Of a stretch of DNA of 26,062 nucleotides, positions 7,837-17,466 are shown in pieces (position 1 is the stretch's first letter; each line of letters starts with the position of its first letter). The notes under the pieces were generated by a model, which was not told the DNA's origin, did not search any database, and saw only the letters and a program-made list of their open reading frames with translations. The DNA lies in contig JALULU010000263.1 in the NCBI GenBank assembly GCA_027040585.1, forward strand, positions 1 through 26,062. Direction: 5' to 3'. This stretch comes from Acidobacteriota bacterium. GTDB taxonomy: Bacteria; Acidobacteriota; JAAYUB01; JAMOQF01. The translations under genes were made by a program, and so were the position numbers.

Positions 7837-10392
7837 ATGAAAAAAGCAGTGATTTTATCTTTTCTGTTTTTTATTATAATGGGGGTAGCTTTTTCAATGG
7901 AAAATAACAAAAAGGAAGAAAAAGAAGTTAAAAATTGGCTTGTCGCCGGTCCTGTTGATATTGTTGCACCACCTTTTTTAGATACCTATATGAGGAGTGA
8001 TTATATTAAGGATCTTTTAGAAAAGAATATAGTGAAAATTGGTAGATTCTCACCTGAAGAAGGCAAAGTGCTTTCAAAAAATGGAAATGGCAATATTGTT
8101 TGGGAAAAATTGACAAATAAAATTAATTTTCCAGAAAATCCAGATGACTATTCCATTTACTATTTTTCTACATATATAAGAGTAAATAGGTTTACGAAGT
8201 TAACATTGAATTTCAAGATAAACAAACCTTTTAAGGTATACCTTGATGGAAAAGATGTACTTACAGTAAATAATCCATCAAATGATGGTAGTGAAAAGGA
8301 AGTCGATTTAATTGAAGGTACTCATTGGATTTTAGTTAAAGTTGTATCCGATTTTAAATTTATTTTCAATGTTACATATAAAAAAAGTGAGGAGACAAAG
8401 GAATCAGATGTTGAGTTTACTACTTCTCCTGAAAGGACATTGAGCAAATATGAAATTTTAAATGGTAAAAGTGTTAAGGACCTTTCAATTTCAGATGATG
8501 GACATTATGTCGTTTACAAAGTTTCGAGAAAAGATTTGGAGGGAAAAGAGCACAGTTATTTTGAAATCTGGGATGCTTTCAAAAAAGATATAGTTTTTAA
8601 GTCCCCAGAGGATGTAAATATTTCAAAAATTTTATGGGTACCCAAAAAAAAGGGCTTTCTGTTTTCAGTTAAAGATAAGGGGAAAACTGCAATTTTCTTT
8701 TTTGATGTTAACACTCATAACACAAAAATACTTTTGGGACCTATGAAGGACCTCTCTCTATCAGGTGTTTCTCCAGATGGTAAATTTTTTCTTTATTCAT
8801 TATTTTATAGGGTAAAAGACTATGAAAAAGGGTATAAATTTTTTAAATCCCTTGAAGATAGGCAGATGGGTAGTAGAAATAAAACAACAGTTTATATTTA
8901 TTACTTTAATAGTGGTAAGACATTTCCACTTTTATTTAAGCAAGGTAAAATATATTTGAGGGATGTTTCACTTGACGGTAAAAAGTTCCTACTTTCTAAG
9001 GAAGTTATAAACTATAAAAAAAGACCATATGTTTATAGTGCCTTTTATATTTTTAATTTAAATACTAAAAAAGTTGAAAAAATTTTATCAGATCCATGGG
9101 TAATTGATGCTTCCCTTTCTCCAGATGGTACTAAACTTGCTGTCATGGGGGGTCCCAGTGCTTTTAATAAGTTAGGATATAATTTAAAGAAGAAAAACTT
9201 AATCCCAAATGATTATGACAATCAACTATACATTTATGATATTAAGACTAAGAAGGCAATATGCGTTTCAAAAGACTTTTATCCATCTTTAATTTCGCAA
9301 AATTGGGTAAAGAATAATTTAATTTTACTTAAGGTAAATGATACAGTTTACGATAATTTATATATGTTTAATCCAGTTAAAAATGTATTTAAAAAGGTTA
9401 AAACGAAAGTGGATGTGGTAAGAAATTTTGATATTAGTAGGGATGGAAAATATATTGTTTATAGTGGTGTAAAAATGCAGGCACCAGAATCAATTTATCT
9501 CTGTGATTTAACTGAAAATAAAAATTTTATGGTGGATAATTTAAATGAAAATTTGTTAAAAGGTGTAAAACTTGGAAGAGTGGAAAACTTTTCTTTTATA
9601 GATAAAGATGGATATCAAATTGTAGGCAGAATTTATTATCCACCCTATTTTAATCCCAATAAAAAATATCCTGCAATAGTTTATTATTATGGTGGCACTC
9701 TTCCAATTGAGAGGGATTTTGGTGGTAGATACCCTAAAAATTGGTGGGCTGCAAAAGGTTATGTGGTCTATGTTCTTCAACCTCGTGGTACTGTTGGATT
9801 TGGGCAGGAATTTTCCGCCTTTCACGTAAATGACTGGGGAACTAAAGCAGGTGAAGATATAATTGAGGGAACAAAAAAATTTTTAGAGAAACATCCATTT
9901 GTAAATCCAAAAAAAGTTGGAATTTTAGGTGCTTCATATGGTGGATTTATGACAATGAGTTTGGTTACAAAAACAAATATGTTTAGAGCAGCAATATCTC
10001 ATGCTGGAATAAGTACACTAACTCACTATTGGGGTGAAGGATACTGGGGATATACCTATTCTGCAATAGCAACAGCAAAGAGCTTTCCATGGAATAGAAA
10101 AGATATTTATGTTGGCAAAAGTCCAATATATAATGCAAACAAAATTAAGACTCCACTTTTACTCCTTCAGGGTACTGCCGATACAAATGTACCAACAGGT
10201 GAGAGTGATATAATGTTTACCGCCCTTAAACTTCTGGGAGTCCCAACTGCATTGGTAAAGTTTAAGGATGAGAACCACTGGATCCTGGGGTATAAGCATA
10301 GGATAAAATGGATGGATACCATTGTGGCGTGGTTTGATAAGTGGCTAAAAGATGAACCACAGATGTGGGAATCCATGTATCCGGAAAAATAA
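7837..10392 (+). CDS. Secreted S9 family peptidase (prolyl oligopeptidase/acylaminoacyl peptidase-like) with beta-propeller and N-terminal accessory domain
   Basis: Signal peptide, propeller repeats (SPDG), QPRGTVGFG, nucleophile motif GASYGG, catalytic Asp (DTNVP) and His (ENHWI). Confidence 0.93.
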   Translation: MKKAVILSFLFFIIMGVAFSMENNKKEEKEVKNWLVAGPVDIVAPPFLDTYMRSDYIKDLLEKNIVKIGRFSPEEGKVLSKNGNGNIVWEKLTNKINFPENPDDYSIYYFSTYIRVNRFTKLTLNFKINKPFKVYLDGKDVLTVNNPSNDGSEKEVDLIEGTHWILVKVVSDFKFIFNVTYKKSEETKESDVEFTTSPERTLSKYEILNGKSVKDLSISDDGHYVVYKVSRKDLEGKEHSYFEIWDAFKKDIVFKSPEDVNISKILWVPKKKGFLFSVKDKGKTAIFFFDVNTHNTKILLGPMKDLSLSGVSPDGKFFLYSLFYRVKDYEKGYKFFKSLEDRQMGSRNKTTVYIYYFNSGKTFPLLFKQGKIYLRDVSLDGKKFLLSKEVINYKKRPYVYSAFYIFNLNTKKVEKILSDPWVIDASLSPDGTKLAVMGGPSAFNKLGYNLKKKNLIPNDYDNQLYIYDIKTKKAICVSKDFYPSLISQNWVKNNLILLKVNDTVYDNLYMFNPVKNVFKKVKTKVDVVRNFDISRDGKYIVYSGVKMQAPESIYLCDLTENKNFMVDNLNENLLKGVKLGRVENFSFIDKDGYQIVGRIYYPPYFNPNKKYPAIVYYYGGTLPIERDFGGRYPKNWWAAKGYVVYVLQPRGTVGFGQEFSAFHVNDWGTKAGEDIIEGTKKFLEKHPFVNPKKVGILGASYGGFMTMSLVTKTNMFRAAISHAGISTLTHYWGEGYWGYTYSAIATAKSFPWNRKDIYVGKSPIYNANKIKTPLLLLQGTADTNVPTGESDIMFTALKLLGVPTALVKFKDENHWILGYKHRIKWMDTIVAWFDKWLKDEPQMWESMYPEK

Positions 10393-10411
10393 CATTTGAA
10401 AATAAAAGGGG

Positions 10412-10489
10412 TGGCGGGGCCGACGAGACTCGAACTCGCGACCTCCGGCGTGACAGGCCGGCGTTCTGACCAAACTGAACTACGACCCC
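10412..10489 (-). tRNA. tRNA-Asp(GTC)
   Basis: Reverse complement folds as a cloverleaf: acceptor GGGGTCG/CGGCCCC, anticodon arm CCGGC-CTGTCAC-GCCGG, T loop TTCGAGT, encoded CCA. Confidence 0.97.
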
Positions 10490-10501
10490 GCAAATTTCAA
10501 A

Positions 10502-10577
10502 TGGTGGGCGGTACAGGGCTTGAACCTGTGACCTCCGGTTTGTAAGACCGATGCTCTCCCAGCTGAGCTAACCGCCC
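10502..10577 (-). tRNA. tRNA-Val(TAC)
   Basis: Acceptor GGGCGGT/ACCGCCC, anticodon loop CTTACAA, T arm ACAGG-TTCAAGC-CCTGT, encoded CCA. Lies 12 nt upstream of tRNA-Asp. Confidence 0.97.
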
Positions 10578-10600
10578 GTTACCCAATCCAAAGAAAGAGA

Positions 10601-10629
10601 AATATAATCTACAATCTATTTTATGTCAA
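10601..10629 (-). promoter_or_regulatory. sigma70 promoter of the tRNA-Val/Asp pair
   Basis: Minus strand TTGACA (10629-10624), 17 bp spacer, TATATT (10606-10601). Confidence 0.7.
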
Positions 10630-10664
10630 GATTTTTTTTCTGTTTTTAATTGGGTTAAAATTGT

Positions 10665-10693
10665 TTGTAAAAGAGTGTACTTATAATTATAAT
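10665..10693 (+). promoter_or_regulatory. Putative sigma70 promoter of the ABC-smpB-pepA operon
   Basis: TTGTAA (10665-10670), 17 bp spacer, TATAAT (10688-10693), divergent from the tRNA promoter. Confidence 0.55.
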
Positions 10694-10724
10694 TTTAACT
10701 TATTTGATATTTGAGGATAATCTT

Positions 10725-11636
10725 ATGCAAGGAGATACTCTTTTTGAGTTAAGAGGGGTAAAAAAAAGGTTTGGTGATATTAAAGCACTTGATGGGATTT
10801 CTTTTTTAGTGGAAAGGGGAGAAATTTTTGGACTTATTGGCCCAAATGGTGCTGGTAAAACCACAACCATAAGGACAATTTTAGGTATAATTTTACCTGA
10901 CAGTGGTGAGATCTTAATTAAAGGTAAAAAGTTTTCAAGAGATATGGTTGATATGTTTGGATATTTACCTGAGGAGCGGGGACTTTATAGGAAGATGAAA
11001 ATAAAGGACCTTCTCATCTTTTTTGGTAGATCAAAAGGTGTATATGGAAAGGATCTAATTGATAAAATATACTATTGGCTTGAAAAAATGGATTTATTGG
11101 ATTACAAAAGTAAAAAAGTTGAAGAGCTTTCTAAGGGAATGCAACAAAAAATTCAGTTTATAATTACCATTATAAATGATCCTGAAATAATAATTTTAGA
11201 TGAGCCCTTTTCTGGACTTGATCCAATAAATAGGGATTTATTTAAGGATACAATACTGGAATTAAACAAAGAGGGGAAAACCATTGTTTACTCTACACAC
11301 AACCTTGAAGAAGCCGAAAAATTAAGTAATTCAATATGTTTGATAAATAAAGGAAAAGTTGTCCTTAAGGGTAAATTAAGTGAGATAAAAGAAAAATATG
11401 GGAAAAATAGTATAGTGCTTGAGTGTGATGGTGAAATAAATTTTTTAAAAGAGTATGATTTTTTTATGGATATTGATATATATAAAAACTATGCTGAATT
11501 TACTCTAAAGAAGGGTATTAATTCTGAAGAAATTTTAAAAATATTACTTGATAGGAAAATTAAAATAAAGAAATTTCAAGTTGTGGAACCTTCCCTTAGA
11601 AAAATTTTTATATCAACTGTAAAACCTGGAGCCTAA
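10725..11636 (+). CDS. ABC-2 type exporter ATP-binding subunit (NatA/YhaQ-like)
   Basis: Walker A GPNGAGKTT, signature LSKGMQQK, Walker B ILDEPFSGLDP. ATG 10725 with gagga SD is preferred over the TTG at 10704. Confidence 0.93.
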   Translation: MQGDTLFELRGVKKRFGDIKALDGISFLVERGEIFGLIGPNGAGKTTTIRTILGIILPDSGEILIKGKKFSRDMVDMFGYLPEERGLYRKMKIKDLLIFFGRSKGVYGKDLIDKIYYWLEKMDLLDYKSKKVEELSKGMQQKIQFIITIINDPEIIILDEPFSGLDPINRDLFKDTILELNKEGKTIVYSTHNLEEAEKLSNSICLINKGKVVLKGKLSEIKEKYGKNSIVLECDGEINFLKEYDFFMDIDIYKNYAEFTLKKGINSEEILKILLDRKIKIKKFQVVEPSLRKIFISTVKPGA

Positions 11637-11637
11637 A

Positions 11638-12915
11638 ATGAAAAAGATTAGAGAAGTGTTTAGGAGAGAATACCTTGAAAGGGTAAAGAAGAAAAGTTTT
11701 TGGATAACAACTTTTGTTGTACCTTTTTTGATTTTACTTTTTACATTTTTACCATTTTTATTGGGGGTCGTTTCAAAGGGTAAAAATTATAAAATTGCCG
11801 TTGTGGACAGGGATGGGTATGTGAAAAAAAATCTGGATGTTGAAAAAAGTATTGATATGAAAGCCCAAAAGGGAATTCCCCAGAGTGGGAAGATAAGTTT
11901 TTTTATATCTAAAAATGATAGTATAGAAAAGTTAAAAAAAGATGTGATTTCAAAGAAAATTGCAGGTTTTATTGTTGTCCCTAAAAATTTTGAGAGTAAA
12001 AATATATCTTTTTATACTTTAAACACAAACAATATAGGATTGATTTTAAAGATAAGCAGTAAATTTAAGGAACTTGCAATATCAAAGAGACTTGAAAGAT
12101 TAAATATAAAAATTTCGCAAAAAGAATTAAAAAAAATAATGAGTGGTATAAAGGTTGAAACGTTTAAAATTAGTAAAAAGGGTAAGACAAAAAAATCATA
12201 TTTTCAAATATCTTTCTGGGTTGTTTTTTCTTTTATCTTTATCCTATACATGATACTCCTTATGTATGGGTCAATTAGTATGAGGGGCGTTATTGAAGAG
12301 AAATCTAGTAAAGTGATGGAGGTTTTACTATCAATATATTCACCTTTTGAACTTATGATGGGTAAATTACTTGGAATTGGATTTGTTGGATTAACTCAAA
12401 TTCTTGTATATATGGCTTTTGCAGGGATTATAGGCGTTTTTGTAACACTTGAAGCTGTTATGTTTTTGCCACAGGTGGCAGATGTATTTAAAAATTTAAA
12501 TTTTGCAATTTTTATATATTATATAGTATTTTTTTTACTTGGGTATTTTATGTACACATCTATGTTTCTTGGAATAGGTTCACTATGTTCTTCTGAAGAG
12601 GATGCACAAAATATTCAAACTCCTGTGGTATTTTTAATTATAATTCCCTTTGTCAGCACAATATATTTAATACAAAATCCAGAATCTACAATTTCTGTTA
12701 TTTTATCCTTAATTCCATTTTTTACACCAATGGTTATGTTTATGAGGGTTGCAACTTCAAATCCACCTTTCTGGCAGGTTTTACTTTCAATTGTTTTAAC
12801 TTTTATTTCTACAATTTTTATAGTTAGATTTAGTGCCAGAATATTTAGGACAGGGGTTTTAATGTATGGCAAAAGACCATCATTTAAAGAGATTGTTAGA
12901 TGGGTAAGAGAGTAA
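11638..12915 (+). CDS. ABC-2 type exporter permease (NatB/YhaP-like)
   Basis: N-terminal TM helix, large extracytoplasmic loop, EEKSSKVMEVLLS..SPFELMMGKLLG, SLIPFFTPMVMFMR and LMYGK terminus. Confidence 0.9.
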   Translation: MKKIREVFRREYLERVKKKSFWITTFVVPFLILLFTFLPFLLGVVSKGKNYKIAVVDRDGYVKKNLDVEKSIDMKAQKGIPQSGKISFFISKNDSIEKLKKDVISKKIAGFIVVPKNFESKNISFYTLNTNNIGLILKISSKFKELAISKRLERLNIKISQKELKKIMSGIKVETFKISKKGKTKKSYFQISFWVVFSFIFILYMILLMYGSISMRGVIEEKSSKVMEVLLSIYSPFELMMGKLLGIGFVGLTQILVYMAFAGIIGVFVTLEAVMFLPQVADVFKNLNFAIFIYYIVFFLLGYFMYTSMFLGIGSLCSSEEDAQNIQTPVVFLIIIPFVSTIYLIQNPESTISVILSLIPFFTPMVMFMRVATSNPPFWQVLLSIVLTFISTIFIVRFSARIFRTGVLMYGKRPSFKEIVRWVRE

Positions 12916-12919
12916 ATTT

Positions 12920-13390
12920 ATGGGAAAATCAGATAAAAATATAAAAATAATTACAAAGAATAAAAAGGCGTACCATGACTATGAAATTTTTGAAACCTTT
13001 GAAGCTGGAATTGTGCTTACTGGAACTGAGGTCAAATCCATAAGGGAAGGAAGGATAAATTTAAAGGATTCATATGCGAAAATTGTAAAAGGAGAAGTAT
13101 TTTTAATTGAATGTCATATAAGTCCATATCCTCATGCCGGAAGATTTAATCATGAACCCACAAGGGAAAGAAAATTACTTTTAAAAAAGAGGGAGATAAA
13201 AAGGCTTGTGGGAAAGGTAAAGGAAAAGGGTATGACACTCATACCCCTTAAGGTATATTTTAAAAATGGGCTTGTTAAAGTGGAGTTGGGGCTTTGTAGA
13301 GGTAAAAGGGAACATGATAAAAGGGCAGCACTAAAAGAAAAAACTGTTAAACGTGAAATAGATGAAGCTTTAAAAAAATATAAACGTTAA
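12920..13390 (+). CDS. smpB: SsrA(tmRNA)-binding protein
   Basis: Motifs NKKAYHDY, EAGIVLTGTEVKSIREG, RERKLLL, LIPLKVYFKNG and KREHDKR. Confidence 0.98.
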   Translation: MGKSDKNIKIITKNKKAYHDYEIFETFEAGIVLTGTEVKSIREGRINLKDSYAKIVKGEVFLIECHISPYPHAGRFNHEPTRERKLLLKKREIKRLVGKVKEKGMTLIPLKVYFKNGLVKVELGLCRGKREHDKRAALKEKTVKREIDEALKKYKR

Positions 13391-13410
13391 AATTTATGAA
13401 CGGAGGAAAT

Positions 13411-14847
13411 ATGGCTATATCTATTAAGTATGCAAAGAAAGTTGAAAAGATTGGAAATGTGAAACTTCTTTTTGCGGATGATTTTAAGAAAGAAAAAATA
13501 GATGGTTTTAATTTGAAAAAGATTTTTAAAGGAGAAGAGTTTAAAGGGAAACTTTTTGATTTTTTTCTAATAAAGATAGGTGATAGAAATGGATATTTTA
13601 TTTTAATTGGACTTGGCGAAAGGGATAAGTTTAATGGTGAAAGGGCTTTTAAAATAGGTTCTTTCTTAACATTGAAATTAAAGGAATTGGAGTTAAGTAG
13701 TGTAAATATATCCACTGAAATTTTTGATAGGGATGAAAATCTTCTCTATGAATTTTTTTCAGGAATATTTTATGGAGATTATGAAAACAATTTTTTTAAA
13801 TCTGATAAGAAAGACAGAAACATCTCCATATATATAAACAACTCTGTGGGAGAAAAGAGATTTAGAAAATTACTTGACATAACAAAAAGTATTGGAAATT
13901 CTGTTAATCTATGTAGAGAATATGTAGATTTACCTGCAAATTATATAAATCCCATTACTTTCTCAGATAGGGTAAGGAAGATGTTTAAGGGGAGTGATGT
14001 AAAAGTTGATATCCTTAATCTTAAAGAGATTGAAAAAAATGGTTTAAATTTAATAAAGGCTGTTTCATCTGGAAGTTTTAATGAGCCACGTTTACTCATT
14101 CTGGAATATAAAAATTCTAAGAAGAGCCCTGTTGCTCTTGTTGGTAAAGGTGTGACTTTTGACAGTGGTGGTTTAAACTTAAAACCCACAAACTACATTG
14201 AGGACATGAAGACGGATATGGCAGGTGGTGCTGTTGTAATTTCTACAATAAAACTTTTAAGTGATTTGAAAGAAAAGGTAAATGTTGTGGGCATAATACC
14301 TCTTGTTGAAAATTTACCGGGGAAAAATGCAATTAAACCCGGGGATGTATTTATTTCACATTCAGGTAAAAGTGTTGAAGTTTTAAATACTGATGCTGAA
14401 GGGAGATTAATTCTTGCCGATGGCATTAGCTATTCTAAAAAATTTGAACCTTCCGTTATTATTGACCTTGCAACACTTACTGGTAGTGCTGTGGTTGCAC
14501 TTGGTACGCTGAGATGTGCTCTTTTTACAAAAGAAGAAAAATTAAGGGAAAAGTTCTGGAGAATTGGAGATAAAATTGGGGAGAAGGTCTGGCCTATGCC
14601 TTTTGATGATGAATATGGTGAGGAATTAAAAAGTGATATTGCGGATTTAAAAAATATAAGCGGTTCAAAATATGGAGGAGCAATAACAGCAGCTAAATTT
14701 CTTGAAAATTTTGCTGAGGGATTTCCATTTGTTCACCTTGATATTGCTGGAGTTGTGGATTTGAAAAGTAAGAAAAATTATGCCATAAAGGGTGCTACGG
14801 GATTTGGTGTCAGACTGCTTTATAACTTTTTTAGGGAGGTTGATTAA
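13411..14847 (+). CDS. pepA: Leucyl aminopeptidase (M17)
   Basis: Motifs VGKGVTFDSGG, MKTDMAGG, NTDAEGRL, IDLATLTG and HLDIAG. ATG 13411 follows a ggagg SD; 13396 is an alternative start. Confidence 0.93.
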   Translation: MAISIKYAKKVEKIGNVKLLFADDFKKEKIDGFNLKKIFKGEEFKGKLFDFFLIKIGDRNGYFILIGLGERDKFNGERAFKIGSFLTLKLKELELSSVNISTEIFDRDENLLYEFFSGIFYGDYENNFFKSDKKDRNISIYINNSVGEKRFRKLLDITKSIGNSVNLCREYVDLPANYINPITFSDRVRKMFKGSDVKVDILNLKEIEKNGLNLIKAVSSGSFNEPRLLILEYKNSKKSPVALVGKGVTFDSGGLNLKPTNYIEDMKTDMAGGAVVISTIKLLSDLKEKVNVVGIIPLVENLPGKNAIKPGDVFISHSGKSVEVLNTDAEGRLILADGISYSKKFEPSVIIDLATLTGSAVVALGTLRCALFTKEEKLREKFWRIGDKIGEKVWPMPFDDEYGEELKSDIADLKNISGSKYGGAITAAKFLENFAEGFPFVHLDIAGVVDLKSKKNYAIKGATGFGVRLLYNFFREVD

Positions 14848-14854
14848 TAGCTAA

Positions 14855-15568
14855 ATGAAGAAGATATTTATACTTATTTTTATCTTTCTTTTTTTAAGTC
14901 CTATCTTTTCTGAAAAAGTCTTACTTGAAGATTTTGGAACCTTTGGAATATATTTAAAAAATGTTAGAGTCGGTTGGGAGAAGTTTAATATCTCCATTGC
15001 CACTGGTGGTGGAAAAATAATAACTGAATCCAATTATGTGGTTAGAAATAAAAGCAATGAAATATCTGTAAAATTAAAAAGTGCCCTCTATTTTGATGGC
15101 AATTTACAACCTGTAACTTATTCAATTAAAAGTTCTTCTCAAGATTTGAGTGGAACAATTTCAGTTTCATTTAAACCTAAATTAGGGATAATTCACTATG
15201 ATATTCCTGGTGTGAGTAAGAAAGAAGATGGGGTAATTTTACCTGAGAAGTTTATTGTAGTTGATCAGAATGTTTTTTCTCATCTTATTCTACCTATTAT
15301 GTATGATGAGATTAATAAAAGTAAAGACAATACTAAAAGTAGGTTTATCAATGTTTTTGTTCCTCAACTTGCTCTTGATGGTGTTGGGAAAGTTAGATTA
15401 ACTTATGCTGGGAGAGAAAAGATATATTATCAAAATGAAAAGGTTAAGGTGAAAAAATATATAATTTTATCAAAGGAATCTGAAATTTTGGTTTATATTG
15501 ATAAGTTTAATAGAATTTTAAAAATTGTTGACAGTAAAAAAGGTGCAGAAATTATAAGGGAGGAGTGA
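14855..15568 (+). CDS. Secreted hypothetical protein, predicted all-beta (possibly DUF3108-like)
   Basis: Signal peptide MKKIFILIFIFLFLSPIFS, beta-strand-like periodicity and tight operon spacing. The family assignment is tentative. Confidence 0.65.
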   Translation: MKKIFILIFIFLFLSPIFSEKVLLEDFGTFGIYLKNVRVGWEKFNISIATGGGKIITESNYVVRNKSNEISVKLKSALYFDGNLQPVTYSIKSSSQDLSGTISVSFKPKLGIIHYDIPGVSKKEDGVILPEKFIVVDQNVFSHLILPIMYDEINKSKDNTKSRFINVFVPQLALDGVGKVRLTYAGREKIYYQNEKVKVKKYIILSKESEILVYIDKFNRILKIVDSKKGAEIIREE

Positions 15569-15569
15569 A

Positions 15570-15989
15570 ATGGCGGTAAAGACTTTTGACCTTCATATTA
15601 ATACCAAAGGATTTTGCGATGTTATTGATATTACGCTAAAAATTTCAAAATTTGTTCAGGATTCTAATATAAGAGATGGAATAGTTGTTGTATTTGTTCC
15701 CGGTTCAACAGCAGGTATAACAACCATTGAGTATGAAAGTGGGGTTTTAAATGATTTGTGTAGAGTAATGGAGAAATTAGTTCCATCAAGTGAAAGGTAT
15801 GAACACAACTTAAGGTGGGGGGATGGAAATGGATTTAGCCATGTGAGGGCATCCCTTATGGGCCCTTCAATTTCAATTCCTTTGGTAAATGGTTCACTAT
15901 CACTTGGCACATGGCAACAAGTCGTCTTGTGTGATTTTGATAATAGAGGTAGAACAAGGAGGATAATTGTTCAGATTGTGGGGGAATAG
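15570..15989 (+). CDS. yjbQ: YjbQ/UPF0047 family protein
   Basis: Motifs FVPGSTAGIT, YEHN...DGNGFSHVRASL and LGTWQQVVLCDFD. Confidence 0.9.
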   Translation: MAVKTFDLHINTKGFCDVIDITLKISKFVQDSNIRDGIVVVFVPGSTAGITTIEYESGVLNDLCRVMEKLVPSSERYEHNLRWGDGNGFSHVRASLMGPSISIPLVNGSLSLGTWQQVVLCDFDNRGRTRRIIVQIVGE

Positions 15990-17466
15990 ATTTTTTTTAT
16001 TTCTAATAATTTTTTTTAATTTTGTTTATGTTTTCTCAAATTCTCTAATAGGAAAGATTGAGAAAGTTGGGAATGTATATTTTTTTGTTACAGAGAGTAA
16101 AAGGTATGAGATAGGATTGGATAAATGGTCTCCCAAAAAATATTTAAACTGCAGAATTGAATTAAAGGATCCGAAAATTGTTGGAAATACAATTACTTTT
16201 GATAAATACAAAATTTTAGGTGGCAATAACGACGCTTCTTATTGGGAAATTTTATCCCAAAAATTGAAAAAGGTTGATTTTGATTTTAATGTATACCTTG
16301 ATAATAATTATTTATATTTTTCTCTACTTGTCATAAACAAATCAGAAACTCCTGTTAGATTTAAATTTCCATCTTCAGAGGAAGTGGATTTTGTGGTTAT
16401 GGATAGTAATTTAAAAAACACCATATGGAGGTGGTCCTGGGGTAAAAATTTTAAAATAGGTTACAAAAGTGAGGTATTATTGCCCCATAATCAGCTCAAA
16501 TATTATGCAAGATGGAATTATGTTAGAAGTTATATTGAGGATGGGGAGTATAAAGTTTTTGCAGAGTTTCATTCGCTTCCCCATGGAAAAATTTCAGAAG
16601 TTAAATCCATTATAATAAAGACACCAACAAAATTTTTTAATATGGATGAGGATTTTATACCCTTAAGTGTTGGTTCTACATGGAAATATTTGGAGAAAGA
16701 TGATAATCAAAAGTTTTTGGAAATGAAAGTTACAGGGACGGCCACTTTTTCTGGAAAGAAATATTTTACTGTGGAAAATTTTTTAGATGAAAACATCATA
16801 AAATCAAAGGGTAACAGTAGGTTTTTAAGATTTGATCCCAATATTAAGAATTTCGTTGAATTTAAAGATGGAAAGGATATACCCCTTTTTAAGGGAAGAT
16901 TTAAAATAATTAAAAATAATAAAGGGGAATATAATTTTTTACAGTTTACCGGTAGGAAGTGGGTTTTAAAATACTCCTTTAGAAAGGGCATAGGAATAGT
17001 TAAGGCAAAAGTTAATGGAAATAGTTTTATTTTAAATAGAGTAAATTTTAATATTAATGAGAGCGATACTAAGCTTGGTGATAATTTTTCAGATATTGAT
17101 GAAAATTTAATTTTAATTGAAAAGGGGGGATTTCAAAAGAAGGATATTTTATGTAGTATATGGGGGAATGGATCAATTGTAATTGTTAAAAAAGGCAAAA
17201 TTGTATATCAGGGACCAATTGACAAAAAGAAATTTTACTCTCTTCTTAAAAAGATTTATAATGCAGGGTTTCTTGAATTAAGGAACTTTTATGGAAAGGA
17301 TGCTGTTTACTATCCTCTTACGATAAAGATTGAATTAAAAGGCAAGAATAATAAAGTAGTTGTGGTAAAAACAAGTGAGAAAGACAAGCCACCGATATCA
17401 TTTTGGGATATTGTGGATTTAATTAATAATTTTGCAAATAGAGAAAGGAAAGCATATGAAAAATAA
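15967..17466 (+). CDS. Secreted multidomain protein containing a BsuPI-like (intracellular proteinase inhibitor) Ig-like domain
   Basis: TTG start (15967 or 15976) after aggagg inside yjbQ, then a hydrophobic signal. Segment LLVINKSETPVRFKFPSSEEVDFVVMD...IWRWSWGKNF...YYARWN...GEYKVFAEF matches the BsuPI pattern. Confidence 0.7.
   Translation: MFRLWGNRFFLFLIIFFNFVYVFSNSLIGKIEKVGNVYFFVTESKRYEIGLDKWSPKKYLNCRIELKDPKIVGNTITFDKYKILGGNNDASYWEILSQKLKKVDFDFNVYLDNNYLYFSLLVINKSETPVRFKFPSSEEVDFVVMDSNLKNTIWRWSWGKNFKIGYKSEVLLPHNQLKYYARWNYVRSYIEDGEYKVFAEFHSLPHGKISEVKSIIIKTPTKFFNMDEDFIPLSVGSTWKYLEKDDNQKFLEMKVTGTATFSGKKYFTVENFLDENIIKSKGNSRFLRFDPNIKNFVEFKDGKDIPLFKGRFKIIKNNKGEYNFLQFTGRKWVLKYSFRKGIGIVKAKVNGNSFILNRVNFNINESDTKLGDNFSDIDENLILIEKGGFQKKDILCSIWGNGSIVIVKKGKIVYQGPIDKKKFYSLLKKIYNAGFLELRNFYGKDAVYYPLTIKIELKGKNNKVVVVKTSEKDKPPISFWDIVDLINNFANRERKAYEK

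Noticed and set aside
10167-10493. 108-aa minus-strand ORF
   Set aside because: It runs through tRNA-Asp and antisense to the S9 gene, so it is a shadow ORF.
12920-13410. tmRNA near smpB, or SRP RNA near ffh
   Set aside because: Intergenic gaps are too short or too AT-rich, and no matching structure was seen.
4919-15568. TGA stops as selenocysteine read-through (DUF2061, nfi, pgi, 14855 gene)
   Set aside because: Each protein is complete at the stop, the next gene starts immediately or overlaps, and no SECIS-like hairpin was seen.
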